IMG/VR virus record: IMGVR_UViG_3300027692_000001 | DNA: 64,000 nucleotides | DNA from: a virus | Reading direction: 5' to 3' (one strand) | Part shown: in pieces, positions 32,888-41,789 of the stretch | How positions within the stretch are numbered: position 1 is the first letter of the stretch | Layout of the letters: every line of letters starts with the position of its first letter | The notes under the pieces: model-generated | What the model was told of the DNA's origin: nothing | Database searches by the model: none | What the model saw: the letters and a program-made list of their open reading frames with translations, nothing else | Program-made: the position numbers and the translations under genes

Positions 32888-33335
32888 CCCGAATTGCGGA
32901 TTTGACTACCGCCCCGAGGACATGATCGGCGAGGACGACCTCACCCCTGAGGAGCGTGCTGCGTTTGACGAGCGCGTCCTGTTTTACCGCAACCTGGAAT
33001 ATGTAGGCGGGAAGCACGCACCCTGGGAGTTCATCCCCTTTGCCTGCATCAGGACCCAGATGGCTCGCCACCTCCGAGGCCTCTACGACTGGTGGTACCT
33101 CATAGGGCGTCGCTCGAATTTAGGTATCACCATCATCACCGAAGTTCGCGACGTGGCCTACGGGCCCGAGGAGGTCCCGACACGGGAGCCGGGGTATGTC
33201 CTCCTGGCTTCCTGCCACGGCCATGCCCCCAAGTCTGGTGGCAAGCCCAGGTTCCCGTTCCCGGGTACCAACTGGTCGGACTCCGACATCGTGACGTACC
33301 CTGCGCTTCAGGAGTTCATTCTCGCTCCCGCCTGA
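32877..33335 (+). CDS. hypothetical protein
   Basis: 152-aa ORF with good GC3. Confidence 0.55.
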   Translation: MCADPNCGFDYRPEDMIGEDDLTPEERAAFDERVLFYRNLEYVGGKHAPWEFIPFACIRTQMARHLRGLYDWWYLIGRRSNLGITIITEVRDVAYGPEEVPTREPGYVLLASCHGHAPKSGGKPRFPFPGTNWSDSDIVTYPALQEFILAPA

Positions 33336-33826
33336 TGAGGGTCGTCTGCTGCTACGTCGAGGGCAAACTCCACCCCCTTACCTTGGCGGCGCTCAAAGAA
33401 CATGCCCCCGACGCCGACCTTGTAGACCTCGGCAAAGCGTGGGACGCTTACTACCTCTTCTTGGCTCAGCTTTGGGAAGAGGGCGAGGGCTTTCTGGTAA
33501 TCGAAGAGGACATTGAGGTCCACGCTGAGGTTCTCCCTCAGCTTGAGGCGTGCCCTGAACCGTGGTGCCTCTTCGCGTTCCCTGGTGCCGGTGGCGCTCT
33601 GCTCTCTGGCTCCCTCGGCTGCACCCGCTTCTCCACCGAACTCCTTGCTGCCCACCCCGACCTCATGGCCAAGCTCCCCGTGCGCGACTGGAAGCGCCTC
33701 GACTCCGAGATCCTTCCTGCTCTTACGAAGCTCGGCTACACCCAACACGTCCACGAACCCCCCGTCCCCCATCACCACTACCGTCCCGAGAGGCGGCTGT
33801 GTGACTGCGGAGCGACAGAGCACTAG
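33335..33826 (+). CDS. conserved protein, paralog 2 (possible GT-A-like transferase)
   Basis: The ATG shares one base with the upstream TGA. Collinear with 31826-32359 along its full length. Confidence 0.6.
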   Translation: MRVVCCYVEGKLHPLTLAALKEHAPDADLVDLGKAWDAYYLFLAQLWEEGEGFLVIEEDIEVHAEVLPQLEACPEPWCLFAFPGAGGALLSGSLGCTRFSTELLAAHPDLMAKLPVRDWKRLDSEILPALTKLGYTQHVHEPPVPHHHYRPERRLCDCGATEH

Positions 33827-33834
33827 GAGCGGCC

Positions 33835-34152
33835 ATGGCCTTCCCCACGCAGTTCACCCTTCTGTCCTCCACGACGGCAGCCTCTACTACAGGGTCTGCC
33901 AACTTTGCTGCGATCGCTACCAAGTGGGCTGTGGGCATCATCCTGACCGCGACGAACCCTCAGACGCCGAACCCTCCGGTTCCCTCCCTCACCTTTACCT
34001 GTTCATCCGACAACACGAACTTCGCCGCAGTTACCCCAGCCGCCCAGCGTGGTGGGTGGTACACCTTTGACGTGCCGGCCCAGTACATCACTGTCCAGGT
34101 AGCCAACAACACAGGCACCCTTGTTCTCGTCGCCGTGGCAGAGAGCACCTAA
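33835..34152 (+). CDS. hypothetical head-associated protein
   Basis: 105 aa with beta-rich, T/A-rich composition. Positional call only. Confidence 0.5.
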   Translation: MAFPTQFTLLSSTTAASTTGSANFAAIATKWAVGIILTATNPQTPNPPVPSLTFTCSSDNTNFAAVTPAAQRGGWYTFDVPAQYITVQVANNTGTLVLVAVAEST

Positions 34153-34299
34153 GTGACCCGAGCCGAGAGGCGTCGCCTCCTGCGCGAACTGGGGGTCCCC
34201 AGCAAGAAGATGAAGCGCCGCCGGCCCGTGAACCCCGCGGTCCAAGAGGCTTTCCGCCAAGCAGTGCGCGACCGCGCCGCTACCTTGGAGAAGGCGTGA
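34153..34299 (+). CDS. possible 48-aa basic protein
   Basis: Not in the track. GTG directly after the TAA. The end forms a GTGA overlap with the next gene. Confidence 0.4.
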   Translation: MTRAERRRLLRELGVPSKKMKRRRPVNPAVQEAFRQAVRDRAATLEKA

Positions 34300-35291
34300 C
34301 CTTCGTCCCCACCCCTTTCGCGACTCCGGTCATCGCACCACGTACCGCGACCCAAGCTCGCGCCTATTCGTACATCTCCGTCTCGCAGTACCGCTTCGCC
34401 CCGACCTCAGTAGGGACTCAGGGTCTTGTCCCGAAGTCCACACAGCCCCAGGTGGACTCCGCAGGCTCTCTGGCTATGGTTATTGCTGAAGCTTCGCAGT
34501 GGATGGACACGCACTGCTTCCACCGCAACGACGGGAACTTCGCGGCGACGATCACCAACGAACAGATGTGGGTCAAGGTCAAGCCCAACCAGTCCGCGGT
34601 CCTGATCTGCAACTTCAAGCCGATCCTTGAGGTCGTAGGACTTGCCCTGGGCCCTGCCCCCGGCCAGCTCCAGAACATCAGCGCGAACACCGCTGCCCTC
34701 TTGGTGATCGGTGAGAACACCATCACCCTTCCCGGCGTCTTCGTCTCGGGGACCACGACCATTGGCAACACCGTCCTGTTCAATGGCTTCCCCTCGTACA
34801 ACGGTGGGATGCTCGCGGTGTACGACTACATCTCGGGGTACGCGCACACGACCTTGGCTGCCAGTTGCACCGCAGGGCAGACCTCGATCACGCTGAACCC
34901 CCCTACTCCCGGTGGAACGGCTCTCTACGGTATCTACGCCGGCACAGCGCTCAAGATCAAGGACGAGGCCAGTACTGAGACTGTCGTGGCCTCTGCGGCC
35001 CCCACAGGGCTCACAGTGAGCCTCTCAAGCCCTCTGGTGAACAACCACACGGTCCCGAACTACCCCGACTACATCCCGGTGACGGCTCTGCCTGGTGACC
35101 TTGAGCGCGCGTGCATCCACCTGACCAACGTTCTCTTGAAGGCGCAGGGAATGAGGGCGCAGATGCCCGCGAGCATCGGGTCAGCTACTCCCGCCACGCG
35201 GCAGGGCTTGGCTCGAGCCGGTGCCCTTGCAGACTATGACGTCGCCTGCCGGCTCTTGCACCCATACGTCACCAGTTTCCTGCACTCTTGA
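34296..35291 (+). CDS. head-tail adaptor/connector protein (extended)
   Basis: The N-terminal third (..SLAMVIAEASQWMDTHCFH..) resembles gp6-like head-tail connectors, and the position fits. Confidence 0.55.
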   Translation: MTFVPTPFATPVIAPRTATQARAYSYISVSQYRFAPTSVGTQGLVPKSTQPQVDSAGSLAMVIAEASQWMDTHCFHRNDGNFAATITNEQMWVKVKPNQSAVLICNFKPILEVVGLALGPAPGQLQNISANTAALLVIGENTITLPGVFVSGTTTIGNTVLFNGFPSYNGGMLAVYDYISGYAHTTLAASCTAGQTSITLNPPTPGGTALYGIYAGTALKIKDEASTETVVASAAPTGLTVSLSSPLVNNHTVPNYPDYIPVTALPGDLERACIHLTNVLLKAQGMRAQMPASIGSATPATRQGLARAGALADYDVACRLLHPYVTSFLHS

Positions 35292-35812
35292 CCAGAGCAG
35301 CGGTACGTTCTGCGGCGCAGAGCTTCTTCCAAGGCCTCAACCTCCCCACGGTCGGCACGGTCTTCTCGGCCCGGGCTTATGTCCACGGCGAGGACTACGA
35401 ACAGAACGCCGCCCTTCAGTACACCCAGTCCCTTGACGGCTCTGGTGCTGTTCTCGTAGTCAACATCCCCTCGGAGAAGCGCCAGCGTCGCGCCATGACC
35501 GGACGGGGAGGAGTCAACGACTCGTGCATCTACCGCATCGCCCTTGAGGTCTACCTCGCCAACCTTGAGGGTGCCCCGGTCGATGCCCAGAACGACTACG
35601 ACGCCATCATCGACGAGATCATCCTCCAGATCAGGGGTAACCCGAACCTCGGCAACGCTATAGCTGTCTGGTCGGCGGGCGAGTTCAACTACGGCGTCGA
35701 GCACGAGCAGTCCGAGCCTTGGACGGAGGAAGATGGCACGACGGTCTTCATCACTGGTGTCGTGCGCTTTGAAGCGTGGGACTGGCAGGCGGGACCTGCC
35801 GGCTCAGTCTGA
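35288..35812 (+). CDS. head-tail joining / head closure protein (positional)
   Basis: TTGA overlap. 174 aa between the adaptor and tail genes. Confidence 0.5.
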   Translation: MTRAAVRSAAQSFFQGLNLPTVGTVFSARAYVHGEDYEQNAALQYTQSLDGSGAVLVVNIPSEKRQRRAMTGRGGVNDSCIYRIALEVYLANLEGAPVDAQNDYDAIIDEIILQIRGNPNLGNAIAVWSAGEFNYGVEHEQSEPWTEEDGTTVFITGVVRFEAWDWQAGPAGSV

Positions 35813-35823
35813 AAGGAACCAAC

Positions 35824-36078
35824 GTGCCTAAAAAGAACTTCTACAACTCCGACAGCCGCACCCTGACCTGGCCCTATCTCGTCCACCCCGAGACCCTCAC
35901 CACGCTTCGACTGGAGCCAGGCGAGGTCGTGGAGAACCTGTTCGTCCCGGCGTACTTCAAGGACCCGTTCCTGCTCGTGGTCGGTGCCGTTGAGAAGCAG
36001 GCCCCCGACGAAGTGCCGACCTTCGTTCCCAACCCCCCCGCCGAGGATTCCCCGGCCGAACCCTCAAAGGAGGGCTGA
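35824..36078 (+). CDS. hypothetical tail-proximal protein
   Basis: GTG after GAAAGGAACC. 84 aa. Confidence 0.5.
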   Translation: MPKKNFYNSDSRTLTWPYLVHPETLTTLRLEPGEVVENLFVPAYFKDPFLLVVGAVEKQAPDEVPTFVPNPPAEDSPAEPSKEG

Positions 36079-36081
36079 GTT

Positions 36082-37281
36082 ATGCCGAACCCTTATGGAC
36101 AGGCTTATGCCGTCGCGCAATCCCAGATGGGCCTCGCTATCGAGGCCACCAAGGGAACCGCCCAGGCCCCTGTGTACTGGATACCTTACCGCGCGCCCAA
36201 GTATGTCCCCACTCGTATGTTCTTGCCCGATGAAACCCTTCAGGGTTCGATGGTCTCGGTCTACGGCCTGACCCCTGGTATGCGCTACGACTCACATGGG
36301 TGGGACTCGTACCCGTACCTCGACACGTTCCCGATCCTGGTTGCCGCCGAGCTGGGTAGTTCGGACACGTTGACGGCGGCTCCTGGGAACACCACTCTGT
36401 CCTCGTCAGCCGCCGCGGGTGCTACCACCATCGTCACGGCGGCGTCGATTGCAGCGAACAGCTTCATCACCCTAGGCTCCGCATCCCTTGGGACTCTTGA
36501 GTCGCACTACACCACGGCCGTGGCGGGCTCCTACACCATCACCCTGGCGACTCCTCTGGCCTTCGCCCACACCAGCGGCGCAGCGGTCACGGGGCTGACC
36601 AAGCACTCCTTCTCTTTGCTCAACAACAGCGCCACCGTGGGCAACCAACCTCCCTCATTGACCCTCACAGACTTCGATGGTGAGGAGTGGCGGCAGCTCA
36701 CCGCTGGGCAGATGGACAAGCTCAGCATCACCGGCAACGCGACCGCTCTGGTGAACTACACGACGGACTTCTACTGCAACCCGTCGATCACCCCCTCCAC
36801 CCCTAGCCCGTCGTACTCCACCGTGACCCCGGTTCCCTCTTGGACGACAGGTCTTGTGATCTCGGGGACGGCCTACACGGACGTCGAGGAGTGGGCCGTG
36901 GACATGAGCCGTGGGACCAAGCCGATCCCCGCCGTCACCGGGACCCTGGAGTACTTTGAGTACTTCGCCGGCCCCTTGACCGTCGGTGGCAAGACGACAG
37001 TGGTCGAAACCTCGGGCGCTACCGAACTCACGCAGTACCAGAACGGCACGGACAACACCTTCGACTTCTACGTGAACGACGTGACGACTGGCGACATCAT
37101 GCGTATCCACTCGTCCTCGGTCATTTACAAAACTGGTGAACTGGTCAGGTCTAAGGAGTACGTTGAGGCCGAGCTGACCTTCGACTTCCTGCCCACTGCG
37201 ACCGACGCTCAGGCTGGGGGCGTGTCGCCCATTATCATCCAGTTCGGCAACAATGTGACTACGGCGTACTACACCGACTAA
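36082..37281 (+). CDS. major tail protein
   Basis: 399 aa, immediately upstream of the chaperone pair and tape measure. T/S/A-rich beta composition. Confidence 0.65.
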   Translation: MPNPYGQAYAVAQSQMGLAIEATKGTAQAPVYWIPYRAPKYVPTRMFLPDETLQGSMVSVYGLTPGMRYDSHGWDSYPYLDTFPILVAAELGSSDTLTAAPGNTTLSSSAAAGATTIVTAASIAANSFITLGSASLGTLESHYTTAVAGSYTITLATPLAFAHTSGAAVTGLTKHSFSLLNNSATVGNQPPSLTLTDFDGEEWRQLTAGQMDKLSITGNATALVNYTTDFYCNPSITPSTPSPSYSTVTPVPSWTTGLVISGTAYTDVEEWAVDMSRGTKPIPAVTGTLEYFEYFAGPLTVGGKTTVVETSGATELTQYQNGTDNTFDFYVNDVTTGDIMRIHSSSVIYKTGELVRSKEYVEAELTFDFLPTATDAQAGGVSPIIIQFGNNVTTAYYTD

Positions 37282-37308
37282 TACAACCCAAGGGAACAGG
37301 GGAACAAA

Positions 37309-37698
37309 TTGCAAATCGACATTCCGGGTGGCACTGCCACCCTGCGCGACACCCTCACCATCCGAGAGCGCCGCGCGATCCAACGCATCGCTCTCGACGC
37401 GATGGGCCTAGCCAACCAGCTCACGAGCGACTCGGTAGCCCTCCAGCCCAAGGACGCCGAGCTCCTGATGACCACGCAGGACAAGATGGCCGACGCCACC
37501 CTCGTCGCTTACCTTCAGGCGTGGTCCCTCGACAAGCCGCTCCCCACGCTTGACACCATCGACGAGATGGACGGCGACGTGTACGACGCGATCACCGCGG
37601 CGATCGAGAAGAAGGGGGGAGTGGCAGGCGTCGACACCTCGCCCAATAAGAACAAGGAGAGCCCTACCAGCGACTCGCCCGTTTCCGTTGGCACCTAG
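37309..37698 (+). CDS. tail assembly chaperone (G-like)
   Basis: TTG start after AAGGGAACAGGGGAAC. 129 aa, sited before the tape measure. Confidence 0.6.
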   Translation: MQIDIPGGTATLRDTLTIRERRAIQRIALDAMGLANQLTSDSVALQPKDAELLMTTQDKMADATLVAYLQAWSLDKPLPTLDTIDEMDGDVYDAITAAIEKKGGVAGVDTSPNKNKESPTSDSPVSVGT

Positions 37699-37901
37699 AA
37701 GGGCGAGCCCACCCCGACGCTCCGATTGATTACGACCTCGCAGATCGATACCGAGAGCACAGGTACCGAGTCTTGTACCCCGGCCTTACCCACGAGCAGT
37801 TCCTAGATGAGCCTTCTGACACGGTGGACTGGGCTCTGGCCTTTGCAGGCATGGAGGCGAAGATGGAAGCCGACGCGATTGAGAAGGCCAAGAAGAAGTG
37901 A
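37309..37901 (+). CDS. tail assembly chaperone G-T fusion via -1 frameshift (inferred)
   Basis: The -1 frame is open from 37650 to TGA 37899-37901 and has no start codon of its own. It encodes ..YRVLYPGLTHEQFLDEPSDTVDWAL.. The shift must occur within 37650-37696. Confidence 0.45.
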
Positions 37902-38362
37902 CCGCCGATGTCAAGGCTTGCGTAGCTGGTCTAGAGCGCCTCTCCAAGGACATGAACCACACCATGTTCCGCATCACAGGCAAGGCCCTTGACATCGTGC
38001 AGGCAGGGGGCCGCTCCTTCGCTCCCATCGGCACCCCAGGTAACACGACAGCCCCCCCAGGCACCCTGAAGGAGTCCATCCTTACTCAGGGCCCTCGGGG
38101 GGCTGATGGTTTGTTTACGGGCGAAGTGGGGCCGACGACGGTGTACGGTCGGCAAAGAGAGCTCGGTGGGCATATCTTTCCTAAGCGCGCCAAGGCCCTC
38201 CGGTTCGTGAAGTTCGGTGATGTCGTCTACACGATGCACGTCTACCAGAAGCCCGAGCCTTACATGAAGCCTGGACGAACGGCGTCCCTCAGGCCCATCA
38301 GGGACATGGCAGTGGAGCAGGTGTCAAAGACGATCGCTGGGAGTACCGAGAGTGAGGTCTAG
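37898..38362 (+). CDS. HK97 gp10-family tail component
   Basis: GTGA overlap. ...GHIFPKRAKALRFVKFGDVVYTMHVYQKPEPYMKPG matches the HK97 gp10 family pattern. Confidence 0.6.
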   Translation: MTADVKACVAGLERLSKDMNHTMFRITGKALDIVQAGGRSFAPIGTPGNTTAPPGTLKESILTQGPRGADGLFTGEVGPTTVYGRQRELGGHIFPKRAKALRFVKFGDVVYTMHVYQKPEPYMKPGRTASLRPIRDMAVEQVSKTIAGSTESEV

Positions 38363-38372
38363 GAGGTGAGCG

Positions 38373-41300
38373 ATGTCTGAGGCATATTTGGAACCCGTAA
38401 TAGTGCGGGTGGTCGGGGACATAAAGGACCTCCTTGCCAAAATCAAGGAGGCTCAGTCCCTTCTCGAGGACTTCTCCAAGACCGTCTCGACCGCTCACCT
38501 CTCGGCCGACTACAAACTTGTCACCAAGGCCGTAACTGAGGCTGACGCCGAGCTAAAGGGCTTTGCCAAGCAGGTCTTTGATGCCCACCTCGGGGCTACC
38601 TCAGGGCCTCTCCAGGGTGCTCTCACGGCTGCTGACACTGAGCTTGCCAAGTGGGGTTCCAAGGTCACCAAGACCCAACTCGGGGCAAACTCCGCGGTCC
38701 TCCAGAAGGACCTCCTGAAGATCAACGCGGAGCTTGCGAAGTGGGGCAGCAAGGTCACCAAGACCCAACTGAGCGCTGACCAGAAGCTTCTCCTAGCCCA
38801 GCTTGCCAAGACCCAGACAGAGCTATCCGCTCTCGCGAAGAAGGTAACGGCACTCCCAGTCACAGCGAATACAAAGGCTGCCCTAGCCTCCGCTACCGCT
38901 GCCCAGCAGGCGATCGACCGCATGAAGGCCGACATCAAAGTCGGTACCGATATCAACACTGCTGGGGCACTAGCCAAGATCGCAATTCTCGACACTGCCA
39001 TCAAGGGGTTGAACGACGCGCTTGGTGGCGGCGGGGGGGGCGGTGCCAAGTCCACGGCGAGCCTTCTAACCGCCTTAGGTCTCGGTGGCATGTTCGGTCT
39101 AGCTCATGCTGGTTCGGCGGCTGGGCTCGCCGGGTTTGGTCCCGAACGGCTCATCACTACCATCCTTGGCATCCTCGGCTTCACTGGGGCCGCGGCAGCG
39201 GGCGGGTCCCTCTTGGGGCTGGCCGCTCTCACGACTAGCGGTGTTGGGCTTGGCACCGACACTGCTGGGATCGGGCAGGCCGTTGGGGACATCACTCAGC
39301 TCTACCAAGCGACGAACAACCTCAATCAAATGGTTGCCGAGTACGGTCCCAACAGCAGCGAGGCGGCCGCAGCACAGAAGGAATACAACAACACGCTCGC
39401 AGGAATGCCTGCCGTGGCCCGCGGGGCCCTCAAAGCTGCGACCAGCGCGGTGGAGTCGTGGACCCCCGTCTTCGACAAGTACACCGGGCCTGCCGAGAAG
39501 ATCGCCGCAGAGATGATCGCCCAGTTTGTCCCCGTCGCCGAGAAGCTCTTGCCCGAGATTGGTTCGGCTGCCACCAAGAACATGCGCATCATCCAGAAGG
39601 CGCTCCAGCCCTTCCTCACATGGCTTGACAGCAGCAAGCCTGGGGGTGGCCTGACTGTTCTGACGGAGATCGAGAACACCTTCTCGCAGCATCTCCCGAA
39701 TGCGATGAAGGCATTGACCGGCGCTCTCCAGGCCTTGTTCGAGGTGACGGCGAAGCTCGATCCCCAAACTGGGAAGATAACTAATTGGCTTGCTAACTTC
39801 TTCACGTCGATCACCACCCCAACTCCTCCACCGAAACCCACATGGCATCCGGGCGAGTCGATGAAGGCTTATGCCAATGCCATGAAGGTGTGGGAAACCG
39901 AGGTCGCTAACGACCAGTACGGCTTGTCAAACAAGGCTTCCTCGCAAATCGACAAGTGGGTTGCCGATTGGCATGTTTTGGTGGACTTCTTCAAAGCACT
40001 TTTCAAGGCAGCCGCGGCGATTAGTGCCGCCTCGGCTGGTACCGGCGAGTCGATCTTCACCACCTTGACGTCGATGCTGAACAACTTCACGAAATGGGCT
40101 AGATCAAAGACGGGGTTCGCTGAACTGAACACGTTGATGACGGCCCACAAGAAGCAACTTGACGCGATCCTTGAGTTGCTCGGATCTCTCATCGGTGCCT
40201 TTGGCAAGTTGGAACTGACCATTTCCCCCACGATCGTCAACGGCGCGACGGCTGTAATCAAGGCCCTTGACGCATTGTTCCACTCCAAGCTCACGATAGC
40301 GACCGGCTTCACTGACTTCATCAAGACGCTGACCAATCTTGCGACTCACCCACCGAACCTCTCTGATGTAACGAAACTCTTTGGTTCCCTCGTTAGTTTC
40401 CTGACGGACATTCCTTCCAAGATCAAGGGCCTCACCGTGGGGGAGATGACGGCTTCGCTGGGAGGCATAGCTCTTCTCGCGTCGCGTATCCCTATCCTGA
40501 AGCACTCGATCCAGGCGATCCTCGGCATCTTCACTGGGAAGGTCACCTCCCTCAAGGACTTCTGGAATGCCTTGACCGGCAAGGGTTCGGGTCTTAGCGC
40601 GTCCGCTACCCAACTCAGCGCTTCCGCCAAAGCTCTCACAGAGGCCGCAGCGGCATTGAAGGAGTCGGCCGGCACGCACGTACCCAGTGGCCCTGGCGGC
40701 GGTGGTGATGCTACAACCACTGCGGAACAGGACGCCGAGAAAGGTTGGTTCGCAGCGTGGCTAGGTAAGACAACGCTCGGCAGGGTCGTCTTGACGGTCG
40801 CTCAGGCAGACATCACAGCGGCCGCCACTCGTATGGCTGTGTCAGCACTCTCGATAGCAGCGCCAGCCGCTTACTTCTATGGTCTGGTCAAACTCTCCGA
40901 GTACGTGGGATCAGGACCCCGGCCTTCCCTGACTGGCAAAGCGAACAAGGCCAGCGAGGCTCAACTCGTGGACTACCTCAACATGATCGCCGAGGGCATC
41001 TGGACGGGCGTCGCCGCCGACAAAGCGGGTTGGCAGGAACTGACAGCCGGCGAGAAGACCCTCGTCAACAAGGCTGTTGCTCTGGAAGGGGACATCAACA
41101 TCCTCCTGGCTTCCAGCAGGGCAATGCTCGCGGGCAAGGCGTCTCCCTATAGTTCCGCCCAGCGTGACAAGGCCGAGGCCGCTCTCGGGCTGACGGGGAT
41201 CAACCTCAAGGACATCTCCACGAAGCTGTTGGAGGCCCTGATAGCGGGCACGTTTGGAGATGTGGTCGGTGGCAAGGGCAGCGCGCAGGCCAAGAGCATT

Positions 41301-41789
41301 GGTGAGCAGATCATCGCTGGCCTAACCAAGGGGCTCCAGGGCAAGCCCGAGACGACGGCCTTCAAGAACCTGATAAAGGAGATCAACTCGATCTTCGGTA
41401 TCTCGTCCCCGTCCAAGGTCTTCATCGCTATGGGCATGGCGAACATGCAGGGCCTCGCCAAGGGCACCACCGACAGCGCCTCACTGGTCATGGCAGCATA
41501 CGCCTCGGTGGTCAACAAGACCCTCGCCTCCCTCACCGCTGACATCCCGCGTTTCAGAGCCACTGGCTCGGCTCTCACGCAGAGCCTCTTTGCCGGCGCA
41601 GGGTCCCTCCCTGCCTTCCACGGCGCAGGTGCCGGTGGTGGCAATATCGAGATCACGTCCCACATCACCTTCCAGATCACCGGTATGCCCGACATGACGC
41701 ATGGTTCCACCTTCAGCCGCCAGCTCAAGAGCGCTCTGGACGAGCACGACCGCAAGTTGATGCAAGCCATCCGCGCTGGTAGGTCGTAA
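38373..41789 (+). CDS. tape measure protein
   Basis: 1138 aa, helical and Ala/Leu/Lys-rich, with Gly-rich TM-like central segments and an internal 26-aa duplication (LAKWGSKVTKTQL.. x2). Confidence 0.85.
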   Translation: MSEAYLEPVIVRVVGDIKDLLAKIKEAQSLLEDFSKTVSTAHLSADYKLVTKAVTEADAELKGFAKQVFDAHLGATSGPLQGALTAADTELAKWGSKVTKTQLGANSAVLQKDLLKINAELAKWGSKVTKTQLSADQKLLLAQLAKTQTELSALAKKVTALPVTANTKAALASATAAQQAIDRMKADIKVGTDINTAGALAKIAILDTAIKGLNDALGGGGGGGAKSTASLLTALGLGGMFGLAHAGSAAGLAGFGPERLITTILGILGFTGAAAAGGSLLGLAALTTSGVGLGTDTAGIGQAVGDITQLYQATNNLNQMVAEYGPNSSEAAAAQKEYNNTLAGMPAVARGALKAATSAVESWTPVFDKYTGPAEKIAAEMIAQFVPVAEKLLPEIGSAATKNMRIIQKALQPFLTWLDSSKPGGGLTVLTEIENTFSQHLPNAMKALTGALQALFEVTAKLDPQTGKITNWLANFFTSITTPTPPPKPTWHPGESMKAYANAMKVWETEVANDQYGLSNKASSQIDKWVADWHVLVDFFKALFKAAAAISAASAGTGESIFTTLTSMLNNFTKWARSKTGFAELNTLMTAHKKQLDAILELLGSLIGAFGKLELTISPTIVNGATAVIKALDALFHSKLTIATGFTDFIKTLTNLATHPPNLSDVTKLFGSLVSFLTDIPSKIKGLTVGEMTASLGGIALLASRIPILKHSIQAILGIFTGKVTSLKDFWNALTGKGSGLSASATQLSASAKALTEAAAALKESAGTHVPSGPGGGGDATTTAEQDAEKGWFAAWLGKTTLGRVVLTVAQADITAAATRMAVSALSIAAPAAYFYGLVKLSEYVGSGPRPSLTGKANKASEAQLVDYLNMIAEGIWTGVAADKAGWQELTAGEKTLVNKAVALEGDINILLASSRAMLAGKASPYSSAQRDKAEAALGLTGINLKDISTKLLEALIAGTFGDVVGGKGSAQAKSIGEQIIAGLTKGLQGKPETTAFKNLIKEINSIFGISSPSKVFIAMGMANMQGLAKGTTDSASLVMAAYASVVNKTLASLTADIPRFRATGSALTQSLFAGAGSLPAFHGAGAGGGNIEITSHITFQITGMPDMTHGSTFSRQLKSALDEHDRKLMQAIRAGRS

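Noticed and set aside
37614-37620. Canonical slippery heptamer G GGG GGA as the G-T frameshift site
   Set aside because: The -1 frame entered there hits TAA at 37647-37649 after 9 codons, so it cannot produce the T extension that runs to 37901.
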